The translations under genes and the position numbers were made by a program. From an uncultured Eubacteriales bacterium (lineage in GTDB: Bacteria > Acidobacteriota > Aminicenantia > Aminicenantales > Aminicenantaceae), in assembly GCA_964645765.1 (NCBI GenBank), contig CAZYBE010000011.1, positions 7,897 to 71,896 on the forward strand: a stretch of DNA of 64,000 nucleotides. Reading direction: 5' to 3'. Under the pieces are notes generated by a model. That model was not told the origin of the DNA. It made no database searches and worked only from the letters and a program-made list of their open reading frames with translations. Position 1 is the stretch's first letter. Each line of letters starts with the position of its first letter. Positions 40,957 through 49,802 of the stretch are shown in pieces.

Positions 40957-41643
40957 CTAATCAACGAATTTGTATCCCACTCCTCTGATGCTGAGGATAT
41001 GTTTTGGATTGGTGGGGTCATCTTCTATTTTCTTTCTGATATTGGCGATGTGGCTGTCAATGGTCCGAAAAGAAACGGAAACATTGTCTTCGCCCCAGAC
41101 TTTATCCAGAAAATCATCTCTTGTTACCACCTCGCCTTTTTTCTGGATAAAAAGTTTTAGCATCAGAAATTCTAAAGACGTTAACTCAAGCTTCTTTCCT
41201 TTCTTTCTGGCCTCGTATTTCTTGAAGTCCAGTTCTACCTGGCCAAATTTATATTCTGCTAAATCTTTTGCTCTTTCTTCTGTTCTGCGCAGAACCGCCC
41301 TGGCACGGGCCATAAGCTCTCGCAGGCTGAAAGGCTTGGTCACATAATCATCAGCACCCAACTCCAAGCCCAAGACTCTATCGATCTCTTTGTCTTTCAC
41401 GGTAAGCATGATGATCGGCGTTGAATCCCCTTCCATTCTCAATTTCTTGCAGACTTCGTAACCGTCCAGGAGAGGAAGCATGATATCCAGGATGACGAGG
41501 TCCGGTTTCTGCTGCTTGACCATCTTGAAACCCTTCTCGCCATCCTCTGCCGTGAAAACTGAATAACCTTCGGATTCAAATTCATCCTTAAGGCTCAACA
41601 AGATTCCGGGCTCGTCTTCAATGATTAGAACTTTTTTCGCCAT
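40957..41643 (-). CDS. Module 5 OmpR-family response regulator
   Basis: LVILDIMLP, GADDYVTKPF, RTIDSHIANIRKK. Confidence 0.95.
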   Translation of the reverse strand: MAKKVLIIEDEPGILLSLKDEFESEGYSVFTAEDGEKGFKMVKQQKPDLVILDIMLPLLDGYEVCKKLRMEGDSTPIIMLTVKDKEIDRVLGLELGADDYVTKPFSLRELMARARAVLRRTEERAKDLAEYKFGQVELDFKKYEARKKGKKLELTSLEFLMLKLFIQKKGEVVTRDDFLDKVWGEDNVSVSFRTIDSHIANIRKKIEDDPTNPKHILSIRGVGYKFVD

Positions 41644-41650
41644 GTAAACC

Positions 41651-43792
41651 TCATAACTCTTTTCTCTTTATCGGAAAAACTAAAGAAAAAGTGCTTCCCT
41701 GACCGATTTTGCTCTTGACAGATATCTTCCCTCCATGGGCTTCGACAGTATGCTTGACCAGAGTCAACCCCAAACCTGCGCCTTTCGCTGATTGCCTGAG
41801 CGCATTTCGTCCTTGATAAAATTTGTCGAATATTTTGTTGAGTTCATCCTGAGGGATGCCTATTCCTCTATCCATGACTTCCAAGATGACATTATCTTCA
41901 TCTTTTTTGAGATTGACATAAATATCTTTTATATCAGTGGAAAATTTTAGGGCGTTATCCAGAAGATTATTGAAAGCCTGCGACAGAGCATCTTGATCAA
42001 CATAGAGATGGGGAATACCCTCAGAAACTACGGCATGAATCTTTATCCCCTTTTGAATCTCATCTTTTCTGAAATTCTCTATCTGCTGGAGCACAAGCTG
42101 AGCGACATCGGTCTCGACAAACTCATATTCCTTCTTCCCTTCTTCTATCTTGGAAAAATCAAGAATGTTTTTTACAAGTCTGGTCAACTTGTCTGCATCC
42201 TGAGAGATGAGTGAAAAATACTGTTCCATTTTTACTTCATCTTTAACCTTTCCCTCTTTTAGCCTTTCAATCAGAGCCTTTATCGAGGTTAAGGGAGTCT
42301 TGAATTCGTGGGAGACAGCAGAGACAAAGTCGGATTTTATCTTTAAAACCTCCATCTCATGAGCAATGGTCCGGACTATGATAGCCGCACCAAAAATAAG
42401 GATGACGACCAGGGTGAGGATGGTCCAGAAGTAAAAGCTCTGCCTGATATCAACGATCGACGAACTCTCCGGCTGGCTGCGAAAAATTTCTATCCTCCAG
42501 GGCGGAAAATTGTCTTCGAAGAATTCAGTAACAGCGGATACTCCTGCAGATGAATCTTTCCTGCCAAAAAGAACTCTTCCAGAAAGATCGGAAATAGCTA
42601 GCCTCATATTTTCACTGGATGGAATCTCTTCGATTATTGTTTTCAGCGTTTGATCTTCTAAAGATTCATTTTTTATCTTGACTCCAATTATTCCCATTGA
42701 ATTCGTTCCTGTCTTATCCGGAATCATGGCTGCAGAAATAAGAAAACTTCTTTCATCTATTGATTTGGAATGGTGCAACGGCTGCAGCCTGTCTATCCCT
42801 GGCTCAAGGAGTTTTTTACGCAATTCGGGAATAACGTCTTTTTCCAACGCTGTTATGACTTGCCACTGCTCGATCTTTTTCTGTTGCATTTTCTTTAACA
42901 GCTCAAATTCTCTCAAATATTCATCCGATACAGTATCAGCTAATTTTTTTGACATAGCATCAGCAATGATTTCTTCCAATATGGAGGAATAAGTCCGGAA
43001 TTGGTCTTCTTTCAAGCTCCAGGAATCTTGAAGAAGGTCCCTGTATAAGGCTAAAGAGCTTCTCAGACGATTCTCATCATCACCTGAATTCTTATAGCAA
43101 TCCAAAATCTGCAATCTGGCTACGAGGCTTAAGGGCAAGCCTGACGGGGTTATGCTTTCAGGATATTCTTCACATATTCTTAAATAAATTTTAATCGCCT
43201 CTTTGGAATTTTTTAATTTCGTAAAACAACGGCCGATACTATTGAGCACCTGAGCCTGGCAATTTTTGTCTTTGGAATTGGAGAAAATTTCTTCGTAGAG
43301 AGAAATGGCTTTTCTGTAATTTCCTTGCCTGAATTCATATTCTTCTGCCTCTTTCAATTTCCGGGTTTGAGAATCGCTAAAAGACGCCGCAGATACAGGA
43401 ATTGCAGTCTTTGTAGTGTCCTGAAACAAAGGGAAAAGAGGAGCTTCATTTTTATAAACAAGAAAAATCTGTTCTACCAATGGGTTCGAAGCCAATCTCG
43501 TCTCTAAAAGTCCCCTTATGGCTGAATAATTCCTGTCAGAAAAGGATGGAAATTGAGACAGATTCTGAAGAGCTAAATCAATATCCTTCAATCGGGTATG
43601 AATTTGAGTCTTTAAATAATCAGCAGCTCTCCTCAGTTCTGCTTCTTCCTGCCTGGCGAGTCTGAATTTTTCATTCCTTATGGCCCTGATGCCAAAGATG
43701 CTGAGTGAAACAGAGGGAAGGAAAATTGTTAGGAAGAAGATTAATACAAGTTTCTTTTGCCTTTTAAGAGCTATCTTAAGATTCTCGAGCAT
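41651..43792 (-). CDS. Module 5 sensor histidine kinase with a TPR-like sensor domain
   Basis: Two TMs; QVLNSIGRCFTKLKNSKEAIKIY; VSHEFKTP; NLLDNALKF; GAGLGL. Confidence 0.95.
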   Translation of the reverse strand: MLENLKIALKRQKKLVLIFFLTIFLPSVSLSIFGIRAIRNEKFRLARQEEAELRRAADYLKTQIHTRLKDIDLALQNLSQFPSFSDRNYSAIRGLLETRLASNPLVEQIFLVYKNEAPLFPLFQDTTKTAIPVSAASFSDSQTRKLKEAEEYEFRQGNYRKAISLYEEIFSNSKDKNCQAQVLNSIGRCFTKLKNSKEAIKIYLRICEEYPESITPSGLPLSLVARLQILDCYKNSGDDENRLRSSLALYRDLLQDSWSLKEDQFRTYSSILEEIIADAMSKKLADTVSDEYLREFELLKKMQQKKIEQWQVITALEKDVIPELRKKLLEPGIDRLQPLHHSKSIDERSFLISAAMIPDKTGTNSMGIIGVKIKNESLEDQTLKTIIEEIPSSENMRLAISDLSGRVLFGRKDSSAGVSAVTEFFEDNFPPWRIEIFRSQPESSSIVDIRQSFYFWTILTLVVILIFGAAIIVRTIAHEMEVLKIKSDFVSAVSHEFKTPLTSIKALIERLKEGKVKDEVKMEQYFSLISQDADKLTRLVKNILDFSKIEEGKKEYEFVETDVAQLVLQQIENFRKDEIQKGIKIHAVVSEGIPHLYVDQDALSQAFNNLLDNALKFSTDIKDIYVNLKKDEDNVILEVMDRGIGIPQDELNKIFDKFYQGRNALRQSAKGAGLGLTLVKHTVEAHGGKISVKSKIGQGSTFSLVFPIKRKEL

Positions 43793-43848
43793 TTATAAGG
43801 AACGCCCCGATATTTTATTAGTTAGTTTATCATATTGGCTTGGCTTAA

Positions 43849-43877
43849 AAGTTAAGCAAGTGTGAAGATTCTGTCAA
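43849..43877 (-). promoter_or_regulatory. sigma70-type promoter for kinase 5
   Basis: Minus-strand TTGACA (43872-43877), 17-nt spacer, TAACTT (43849-43854); overlapped by a gtgaag/gtcaag 11-bp repeat. Confidence 0.55.
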
Positions 43878-43957
43878 GCTATTGTGGAGGCACAAAAGTC
43901 AGCTTAGAGGAGGAAATTGACAAAAACGGCTAAATTGAATAAAAATAAAAACACGGT

Positions 43958-44032
43958 GGGCGATTAACTCAGTGGCAGAGTGCTACCTTCACACGGTAGA
44001 AGTCACAGGTTCAAATCCTGTATCGCCCACCA
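43958..44032 (+). tRNA. tRNA-Val (anticodon CAC)
   Basis: GGGCGAT/ATCGCCC acceptor stem, CTACC-TTCACAC-GGTAG anticodon arm, GGTTCAAATCC T-arm, encoded CCA; 75 nt. Confidence 0.95.
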
Positions 44033-44328
44033 ACCTTATTCCGAAACGCCAACCTTTTTCGGGGCCCCTCCTAATTGGCTAGGAGGGGTAGGGATGGTTA
44101 ATATTAATAATTTAAAGTCTTAAGGGCGTTTTGGGGTGTCTTCACGTCGAGCTTATTTTTATCCCTCTTTATAGGCCAAGGGGGATTAATAATTTTTAGA
44201 TCAATTCTTGGAGGCGTTTCGGGCCATAAACAATTGCGCAATCCCCCGGCCCGGCAAAACGACAGGTGTGCCCAAAATCGGGCTGGGAAGCTGGCCGACG
44301 ACGTGATGAAGATGCCTTTCGCTCCGAC

Positions 44329-45258
44329 CTACTTTTTGCCCAACACGAACAGCAATCCAGGATGCGCGCGCAATTCCTGATTGACGCGCATGCCACGAAA
44401 TAGCAGCCTTACGTCCGGATTATCACTTTCACATGACTTCAGGAACGCCTTGTCGTCTCGGTTCAGGACAAACAGCTTCCTGTAAAACTCCTCGACCTGT
44501 TTCTTTATGTCTCCGAGCTCGACACGCGTTGCCTGTGCCTCCCTGAGAAACGGACCCAGAGACCGGACGAATGCCTTCTCGTCATACTTCTCAATGCTGC
44601 GCAACAGGCTATCGAGGCGAGGCTCTCTCTTCGCCAAGACAAGGTAGAACATCATGAGCTTTCTTAGCAGGACCTTTCTCATCTTCATCCTGGAAGCATG
44701 AAAAATGTCATGAATGTCGCGCGGGTAAAGCCGTTCCACCATCGCTTTTGTCTTCATCGCCGTGATCTCTTCAAGCGAGTAGGTCTTTACTTTGAAGACG
44801 GGGAGGTCGAAGACGTGACCGAAGCGCTTTGAAAGCGTGCCTGCGACTGGAACTCTTTCGAGAAAATTGATTTCCAGCTTCACGCTGTCCGCCGGGCCCG
44901 CGAGGCTCCGGTAGCGGAGGAGAAACCTTTCCATGATGTAGGAGCCCGGCTTCAGATCAAACCCGTAGTCCAACGATCCCGCAAGGCGCGTTATCTCTTC
45001 CCGCACATGCGGCCGGATCTCCAGCATTCTTTCCTTCTTGATTGCGCCGACGAAATTGAAGTCCAGGTCGATGGACAGCCTCGGCAGGTCGAGATAAACG
45101 AAATTCAGAGCCGTCCCGCCCTTGAGGGCCAGTGCTTTCGCAAGCACTTCATTTTCCTGGACCGCGGCCAGTAGTCTCGTGATGTGATAGGCCTTCTCAA
45201 GAAAAACGGGATTGAAACCCGTATCCCTCTGAAGCTTCTGCAACGCTTTCAGGTCCAT
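44329..45258 (-). CDS. abiEii: AbiEii-type nucleotidyltransferase toxin (type IV TA); start revised to 45258
   Basis: LEKAYH, ALKGGTALNFVYLDLPRLSIDLDF, VKLEINF, K..AMVERLYPRDIHD; ATG immediately after the AbiEi stop. Confidence 0.85.
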   Translation of the reverse strand: MDLKALQKLQRDTGFNPVFLEKAYHITRLLAAVQENEVLAKALALKGGTALNFVYLDLPRLSIDLDFNFVGAIKKERMLEIRPHVREEITRLAGSLDYGFDLKPGSYIMERFLLRYRSLAGPADSVKLEINFLERVPVAGTLSKRFGHVFDLPVFKVKTYSLEEITAMKTKAMVERLYPRDIHDIFHASRMKMRKVLLRKLMMFYLVLAKREPRLDSLLRSIEKYDEKAFVRSLGPFLREAQATRVELGDIKKQVEEFYRKLFVLNRDDKAFLKSCESDNPDVRLLFRGMRVNQELRAHPGLLFVLGKK

Positions 45259-45259
45259 T

Positions 45260-46108
45260 TCAAACGCCCTCCGTCGCCTTCTCCAGCCTCGGATCGACAA
45301 TGACCTTCCATTTGCCGACGAATTTCCCACCCTTCCCCTTTTCGAAATAGTACGTGCTTTGTGATAGTGAGGCCTGAAGCTCTTCAAGGAATGCGTCCGG
45401 CGTCTTGACCGGTTCCCTCAGCAGGTCGAAAACGTAGCCCGCGCGGTTGAGCAGGATGCGCTTTCCCGTCCTCTTGATGTAGCCGAGCAGCCTGTCCCAT
45501 TTCACTTCGCGCGCATCCATGAGGCACCTGACGATTTCCTCGTATCCGCCCGCGTACTGAGGCATACGCAGGACATCGACTATGGTCCTTTCCAGATCCG
45601 AGACCGCGACCTTCTCGTCCCTGTACTTGATTTGCTCGATGCCAAAGAATTCCTTCTCCCGGAGCCTGACGGGACGGATGACGCTTCCCTTATAGGTGAG
45701 GACTTTCGCCTGCTTCGTGGTCGTGACGTAGACTTGGGAGGCCGCCTGCTGCGCGAGGCCGTGGAGGGCCAGGGCCGTGTAATATGAGAGGAAATAAGGC
45801 CACGCAAGGTGCGCCGCCACAATGACCGGGTCCTCGGCATAGCTTCCCCTGTCGTGGACGATGTGCGCCGGGATCCGGACGTAGAGGTTTGCCTTCACTT
45901 TTCCCAGTGCGCCTTTCTGCTCCATTTTCCTCAGGACGCCGTAGGCTTGCAGCTTCGGGATTCTGAGAAGCTTCATCGCCTCCTCCGCTGTGACGATTTT
46001 CCTGTCCTCGGCTTCCAGGAGGAAGTAGAGCTTCTGTTCCAGGCCCGAAAGCTTCTTCAGGACGTACATTTTCTTAACTCTGTCTTTCATATTTATCCAT
46101 CCTGACAT
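45260..46108 (-). CDS. abiEi: AbiEi-type antitoxin / transcriptional regulator
   Basis: N-terminal wHTH, FLSYYTALALHGL, VSDLERTIVD..R.P.Y.GG.EE; upstream of AbiEii. Confidence 0.85.
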   Translation of the reverse strand: MSGWINMKDRVKKMYVLKKLSGLEQKLYFLLEAEDRKIVTAEEAMKLLRIPKLQAYGVLRKMEQKGALGKVKANLYVRIPAHIVHDRGSYAEDPVIVAAHLAWPYFLSYYTALALHGLAQQAASQVYVTTTKQAKVLTYKGSVIRPVRLREKEFFGIEQIKYRDEKVAVSDLERTIVDVLRMPQYAGGYEEIVRCLMDAREVKWDRLLGYIKRTGKRILLNRAGYVFDLLREPVKTPDAFLEELQASLSQSTYYFEKGKGGKFVGKWKVIVDPRLEKATEGV

Positions 46109-46114
46109 AATTTT

Positions 46115-46195
46115 TAAGTCAAAGTTAAATATGTTCTTAACTTCGTATTAAATATTATATCATAACAGACTAATTTATAAGTTAAAGTTAAATAT
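46115..46195. promoter_or_regulatory. 18-bp direct repeat upstream of abiEi (candidate operator)
   Basis: taagtcaaagttaaatat (46115-46132) and taagttaaagttaaatat (46178-46195). Confidence 0.5.
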
Positions 46196-46437
46196 TGTGC
46201 CTGTTTCTGATGCCGTTCCCTCCCTTTTCGATATAGGATTTTCGGCTTTTTCGTGTCCGGGGGTTTATACGATTCTGTCCACTCCACTGTGCCCAAAGTG
46301 TGCCCAAAAATATCTAGAGAAATCAAAAAATCCATCAAAATATCGAAAAATATCGCAATCCGGAAAGCCTGGAATTTCGCGTTTTTACAGGGGAAATCCC
46401 TTATTTTCTTCGCTTTCTCCCCTTTTTGCGTAACCTG

Positions 46438-46477
46438 CACACGGTAGAAGTCAGAGGTTTAAATCCTGTATCGCCCA
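46438..46477 (+). repeat. attR-like copy 1 of the tRNA-Val 3' half
   Basis: cacacggtagaagtcagaggtttaaatcctgtatcgccca versus the tRNA 43990-44029. Confidence 0.9.
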
Positions 46478-48401
46478 TTTTCTTTTTTACCAACAAGATA
46501 CCAAAAGGGACGATCTTGCATATTTTAACGCAGCGGCCATGATTGTGGCTAAACGCCCTTTCCCTGCCCTCGATAGCTTCCACAATAAAGTGATTTAAGC
46601 TCAGACAATACCTTTCAGGGACCAAACTCTTTCTAATTGCCATAAAGAAACTTGATCCCTCGGGTTGAGGAAGCCGAGCAGGAAGAAATATGAGTCTCTC
46701 CGGGAATGACTTCCATTCTGGTTTCGAGACCACCGCAGTTCCGTTTGATAAGCAGGACATGGAAATCTTTCCAGGGCTGGATAATGTTCTGTTCATCGAA
46801 CTCGTCGACCGCAGAACCAGAAATCGCGCAGGGATTCCGTCGTGGAAGAAGGAAAAAAGCATAAACAATATTGAGCTGCGATTTCAGCTTTTTATTTCGC
46901 GAGCCCGCATAACCGGGAAATCTTGCTCTTCCGCTTATTTTAAGTATAATTAAAGAAATTGCACGGAGAGGACAAAGTTTTGTCTATAATTAAAAAATAC
47001 ATCGAACGGCCGGAATACATTAAACGTATCACTCCTTTTGTTGACAAGCCCACCATCAAAATTCTCGTGGGACAACGTCGGGTCGGCAAGAGCTTCCTTC
47101 TTTACCAGATCATGGATGCGCTAAGGAAAAGGGGCATCCCCGAGAGTCGAATCGTTTACATCAACAAAGAGCTGCATGACTTTGAAGACATCAGAAACGA
47201 CCGCGATCTCATAGCCTATATAGACCGTCAGTGCAGGACAGGGAAGACGCTCCGTCATGTTTTCATCGATCAAGTCCAGGACATCGCGCATTTCGAGAGA
47301 GCTCTTAAATCGCTGATCGCTGCCGGTGGGACCGACCTCTATTGCACCGGGAGCGACGCCCGAATGCTTTCAGGAGAGCTGGCGACCGATCTCAATGGCC
47401 GCTATGTAGAAACAGTTATTCACGCCCTGTCTTATTTAGAGTTTCTTGATTTTCACCGATTAGAATCCTCTACAAAATCCCTCGAGGCCTACATACGGTT
47501 GGGCGGTCTTCCGTTCCTGATCCATCTCCCTCTTAAAGAATCGACAGCCTACGACTATCTGCGCAATATTTACGGCACAATCCTATTCAAGGATGTTATC
47601 CGCCGGCACCGCATCAGGAATCCGGCCTTTCTTGAGCGGCTCGTCCTCTTCCTTGCCGATAATACAGGCAACCTTGTCTCGGCCAAAAAAATCAGTGATT
47701 TTCTTAAGTCACAAAGGATGAAGATCTCCCCGAATCTTGTCCTGGACTATCTCGCCCACTTAGCTCAATCCTACTTTGTCCATCAAGTGCGCCGCTCCGA
47801 CGCGTATGGGAAAAAAATATTCGAGATCGGCGAAAAATACTATTTCGAGGACCTCGGGCTGCGACATGCGCTCGTAGGCTACCGCCAGGCAGACATCCAA
47901 AAAGTCATCGAGAACCTCGTTTTCATGCATATGAAAATCGCCGGATACGATGTAACCATTGGGAAGCTCAATGGGGGAGAGATCGACTTCATCTGCAGGA
48001 GACGTGATGAGAAGATCTATATTCAGACGGCATACCTCCTTACCGACCAGAAGACTAAGGACCGGGAATTTTGGCGCCTTCTGAATATAAAAGACGATTA
48101 TCCCAAATTCGTTATCTCTATGGACCCGATGGCCAGCGGTGATATCCTGGGTATCCAGCATCTCTCCCTGATCAACTTTTTACAAAAAAAATGGTGAAGG
48201 AGAAATAACTGTCCTGTGGCTAAAATTGTGGCTAAGCCCTGGATAAAAGAGGCAGAACCAGGTTAAGAGAGGATAAAACAGGAAAAAATAGGCTGATTCA
48301 AGCGTATTGATAATAAAAACAATAAGATAGAAAAGACTTTTCAAGATTTTGTGCACTCTACACACGGTAGAAGTCACAGGTCCAAGTCCTGTATCGCCCA
48401 C
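46478..48401. mobile_element. Mini genomic island 2 at tRNA-Val, no integrase
   Basis: Lies between att copies 1 and 2; single cargo gene. Confidence 0.75.
46980..48197 (+). CDS. AAA+ ATPase (AAA_14-like) with a C-terminal DUF4143/PD-(D/E)XK-like domain
   Basis: Walker A GQRRVGKS; Walker B VFIDQVQ; TGS; KYYFEDLGLR; ENLVF; EIDF...YIQ. Start uncertain (TTG 46980 after ggagag). Confidence 0.85.
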   Translation: MSIIKKYIERPEYIKRITPFVDKPTIKILVGQRRVGKSFLLYQIMDALRKRGIPESRIVYINKELHDFEDIRNDRDLIAYIDRQCRTGKTLRHVFIDQVQDIAHFERALKSLIAAGGTDLYCTGSDARMLSGELATDLNGRYVETVIHALSYLEFLDFHRLESSTKSLEAYIRLGGLPFLIHLPLKESTAYDYLRNIYGTILFKDVIRRHRIRNPAFLERLVLFLADNTGNLVSAKKISDFLKSQRMKISPNLVLDYLAHLAQSYFVHQVRRSDAYGKKIFEIGEKYYFEDLGLRHALVGYRQADIQKVIENLVFMHMKIAGYDVTIGKLNGGEIDFICRRRDEKIYIQTAYLLTDQKTKDREFWRLLNIKDDYPKFVISMDPMASGDILGIQHLSLINFLQKKW

Positions 48402-48408
48402 TAACCTT
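48361..48408 (+). repeat. attR-like copy 2 of the tRNA-Val 3' half
   Basis: cacacggtagaagtcacaggtccaagtcctgtatcgcccactaacctt matches the tRNA end plus its trailer. Confidence 0.9.
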
Positions 48409-48660
48409 TACGCAAGATACTTACCTGCTTGGTGGCTTCCCCTTATACGTCAGGGGAGGTGGAAGGGATTAAAAGCTAAGACAGACGTCTTGAAAAATGT
48501 CTCAAGAAATTAAGCCCCGAAACGTCGTCCTGCTTTAGGCCTTCTTTTATTGCTAAGGGGGATAAGGGGGCATAACAAATTTTAGTTAGATTCTTGAGGG
48601 CGTTTCGGATTTTGCGCCATTGCGCCATCCATCAAAATGACAGGTGTGCTCAAAATGACG
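48409..48660. repeat. Sequence homologous to the left end of island 1
   Basis: Shared hairpin (cccct..agggg) and blocks ttttat..aagggggat, ttcttg.ggcgtttcgg, caaaa.gacaggtgtgc.caaaat with 44065-44280. Confidence 0.6.
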
Positions 48661-48727
48661 AAATCGTCTTCATCAAATATTCACAATTTCTTCATATTTC
48701 CTTAACGCAGACGCGATACAGTGGAGT

Positions 48728-49756
48728 GTGAACAAGAAGCAAGTTTCCCTCCTGACTGAACGCCCGCAAGCCCGGAACCTCAATATCGAGGAAGCAAGAA
48801 ATTTGTTGGCAGAGGGCTGGGTAGCTGCCGACCTCCATGTTCATACACTTCATTCGTACGACGTCATCCCAACCCGGCTGGTGGATCCTTTGACGCTCTA
48901 CCGGAAAGCGCGGCGGCTCGGCATGACCTATATCACCTTTACCGATCACGACTCTATGGACGCTTATGACCAAATCGGATGGACTCGAGAAGGCCTTGTC
49001 CCAGCCGTCGAGGTCACGATCTTGGATCCCGATAAAGTGGGGCACACTGTCCATATCAATGTCTACGCTCTCGACCGCGGCCAATTTGGCGAAATCTTGA
49101 AAATCGCCCGTCTTGACCAGAACATCGAGCGGTTGGTTTCCTATTTGAAGGACGAGCATCTCCCCTACACATTCAATCATCCGTTCTGGCACGAACCACG
49201 GGAGAAGCCCAATCTTCGGGCCATCCTCGATATCGCCGACCTCTTCCCCGTTTTGGAATATAACATGGGACGGATCGCCCGAATTAATCGACAGGCGCTT
49301 AGGCTGGCCCAGGCGAGGAGGCGGGGCATCGTGGCGACGACGGATACCCACGTCGGCGAGATCGGCAGGGCTTTTACCATCGCCCGGGGCGACACATTCA
49401 TGGAATTTTTTGACCAAATTCGATTGGGGCAATCCTTCATTGTTCCAGCCGACCTGAACATCTCTCGCTTAAAGGGGGAAACGACAATCCGCATCCGCCA
49501 ACTTTTTAATAAATCCGGCTGGCTATATGCCAAAGACTGGTTCGCAATTAACACCGGGAGTGCGATCCTCGACGGAATCATCGCTCGGCTGGCACAGGCA
49601 CGCCCTGAGACACAGGGGCTCGCCAAAAAGATTCTCAAAATAATTCTAGAGGGCGCGTCCCGCTCAGGAATCCCCGGCTCTCTATATCTTCGATCCCAAC
49701 AAAACCTAGCGGACCAAATTCACGGACTCCTGGAAAGTATGGAGACCGTTACTTGA
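48728..49756 (+). CDS. PHP-domain metal-dependent phosphoesterase
   Basis: ADLHVHT..S, ITFTDHD, VPAVE, NHP, ATTDTH. Confidence 0.8.
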   Translation: MNKKQVSLLTERPQARNLNIEEARNLLAEGWVAADLHVHTLHSYDVIPTRLVDPLTLYRKARRLGMTYITFTDHDSMDAYDQIGWTREGLVPAVEVTILDPDKVGHTVHINVYALDRGQFGEILKIARLDQNIERLVSYLKDEHLPYTFNHPFWHEPREKPNLRAILDIADLFPVLEYNMGRIARINRQALRLAQARRRGIVATTDTHVGEIGRAFTIARGDTFMEFFDQIRLGQSFIVPADLNISRLKGETTIRIRQLFNKSGWLYAKDWFAINTGSAILDGIIARLAQARPETQGLAKKILKIILEGASRSGIPGSLYLRSQQNLADQIHGLLESMETVT

Positions 49757-49802
49757 CCCCATCTTTTTCTTGTCCAATGTAGTATAGTTAATAGAATAAA
49801 GC

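Larger units (their letters stand above)
44033..46477. mobile_element. Mini genomic island 1 at tRNA-Val, no integrase
   Basis: Bounded by the tRNA and a copy of its 3' half; cargo visibly GC-richer than the flanks. Confidence 0.8.

Noticed and set aside
45259-45387. N-terminal extension of the 352-aa AbiEii ORF
   Set aside because: Overlaps abiEi; the coupled ATG at 45258 is the more plausible start.
46401-46868. 155-aa minus-strand ORF ending MGDTGFKPLTSTVCR
   Set aside because: Its C-terminus is the antisense reading of the tRNA fragment; no recognisable domain.
48180-48401. 73-aa minus-strand ORF MGDTGLGPVTSTVCR
   Set aside because: Antisense shadow of att copy 2.
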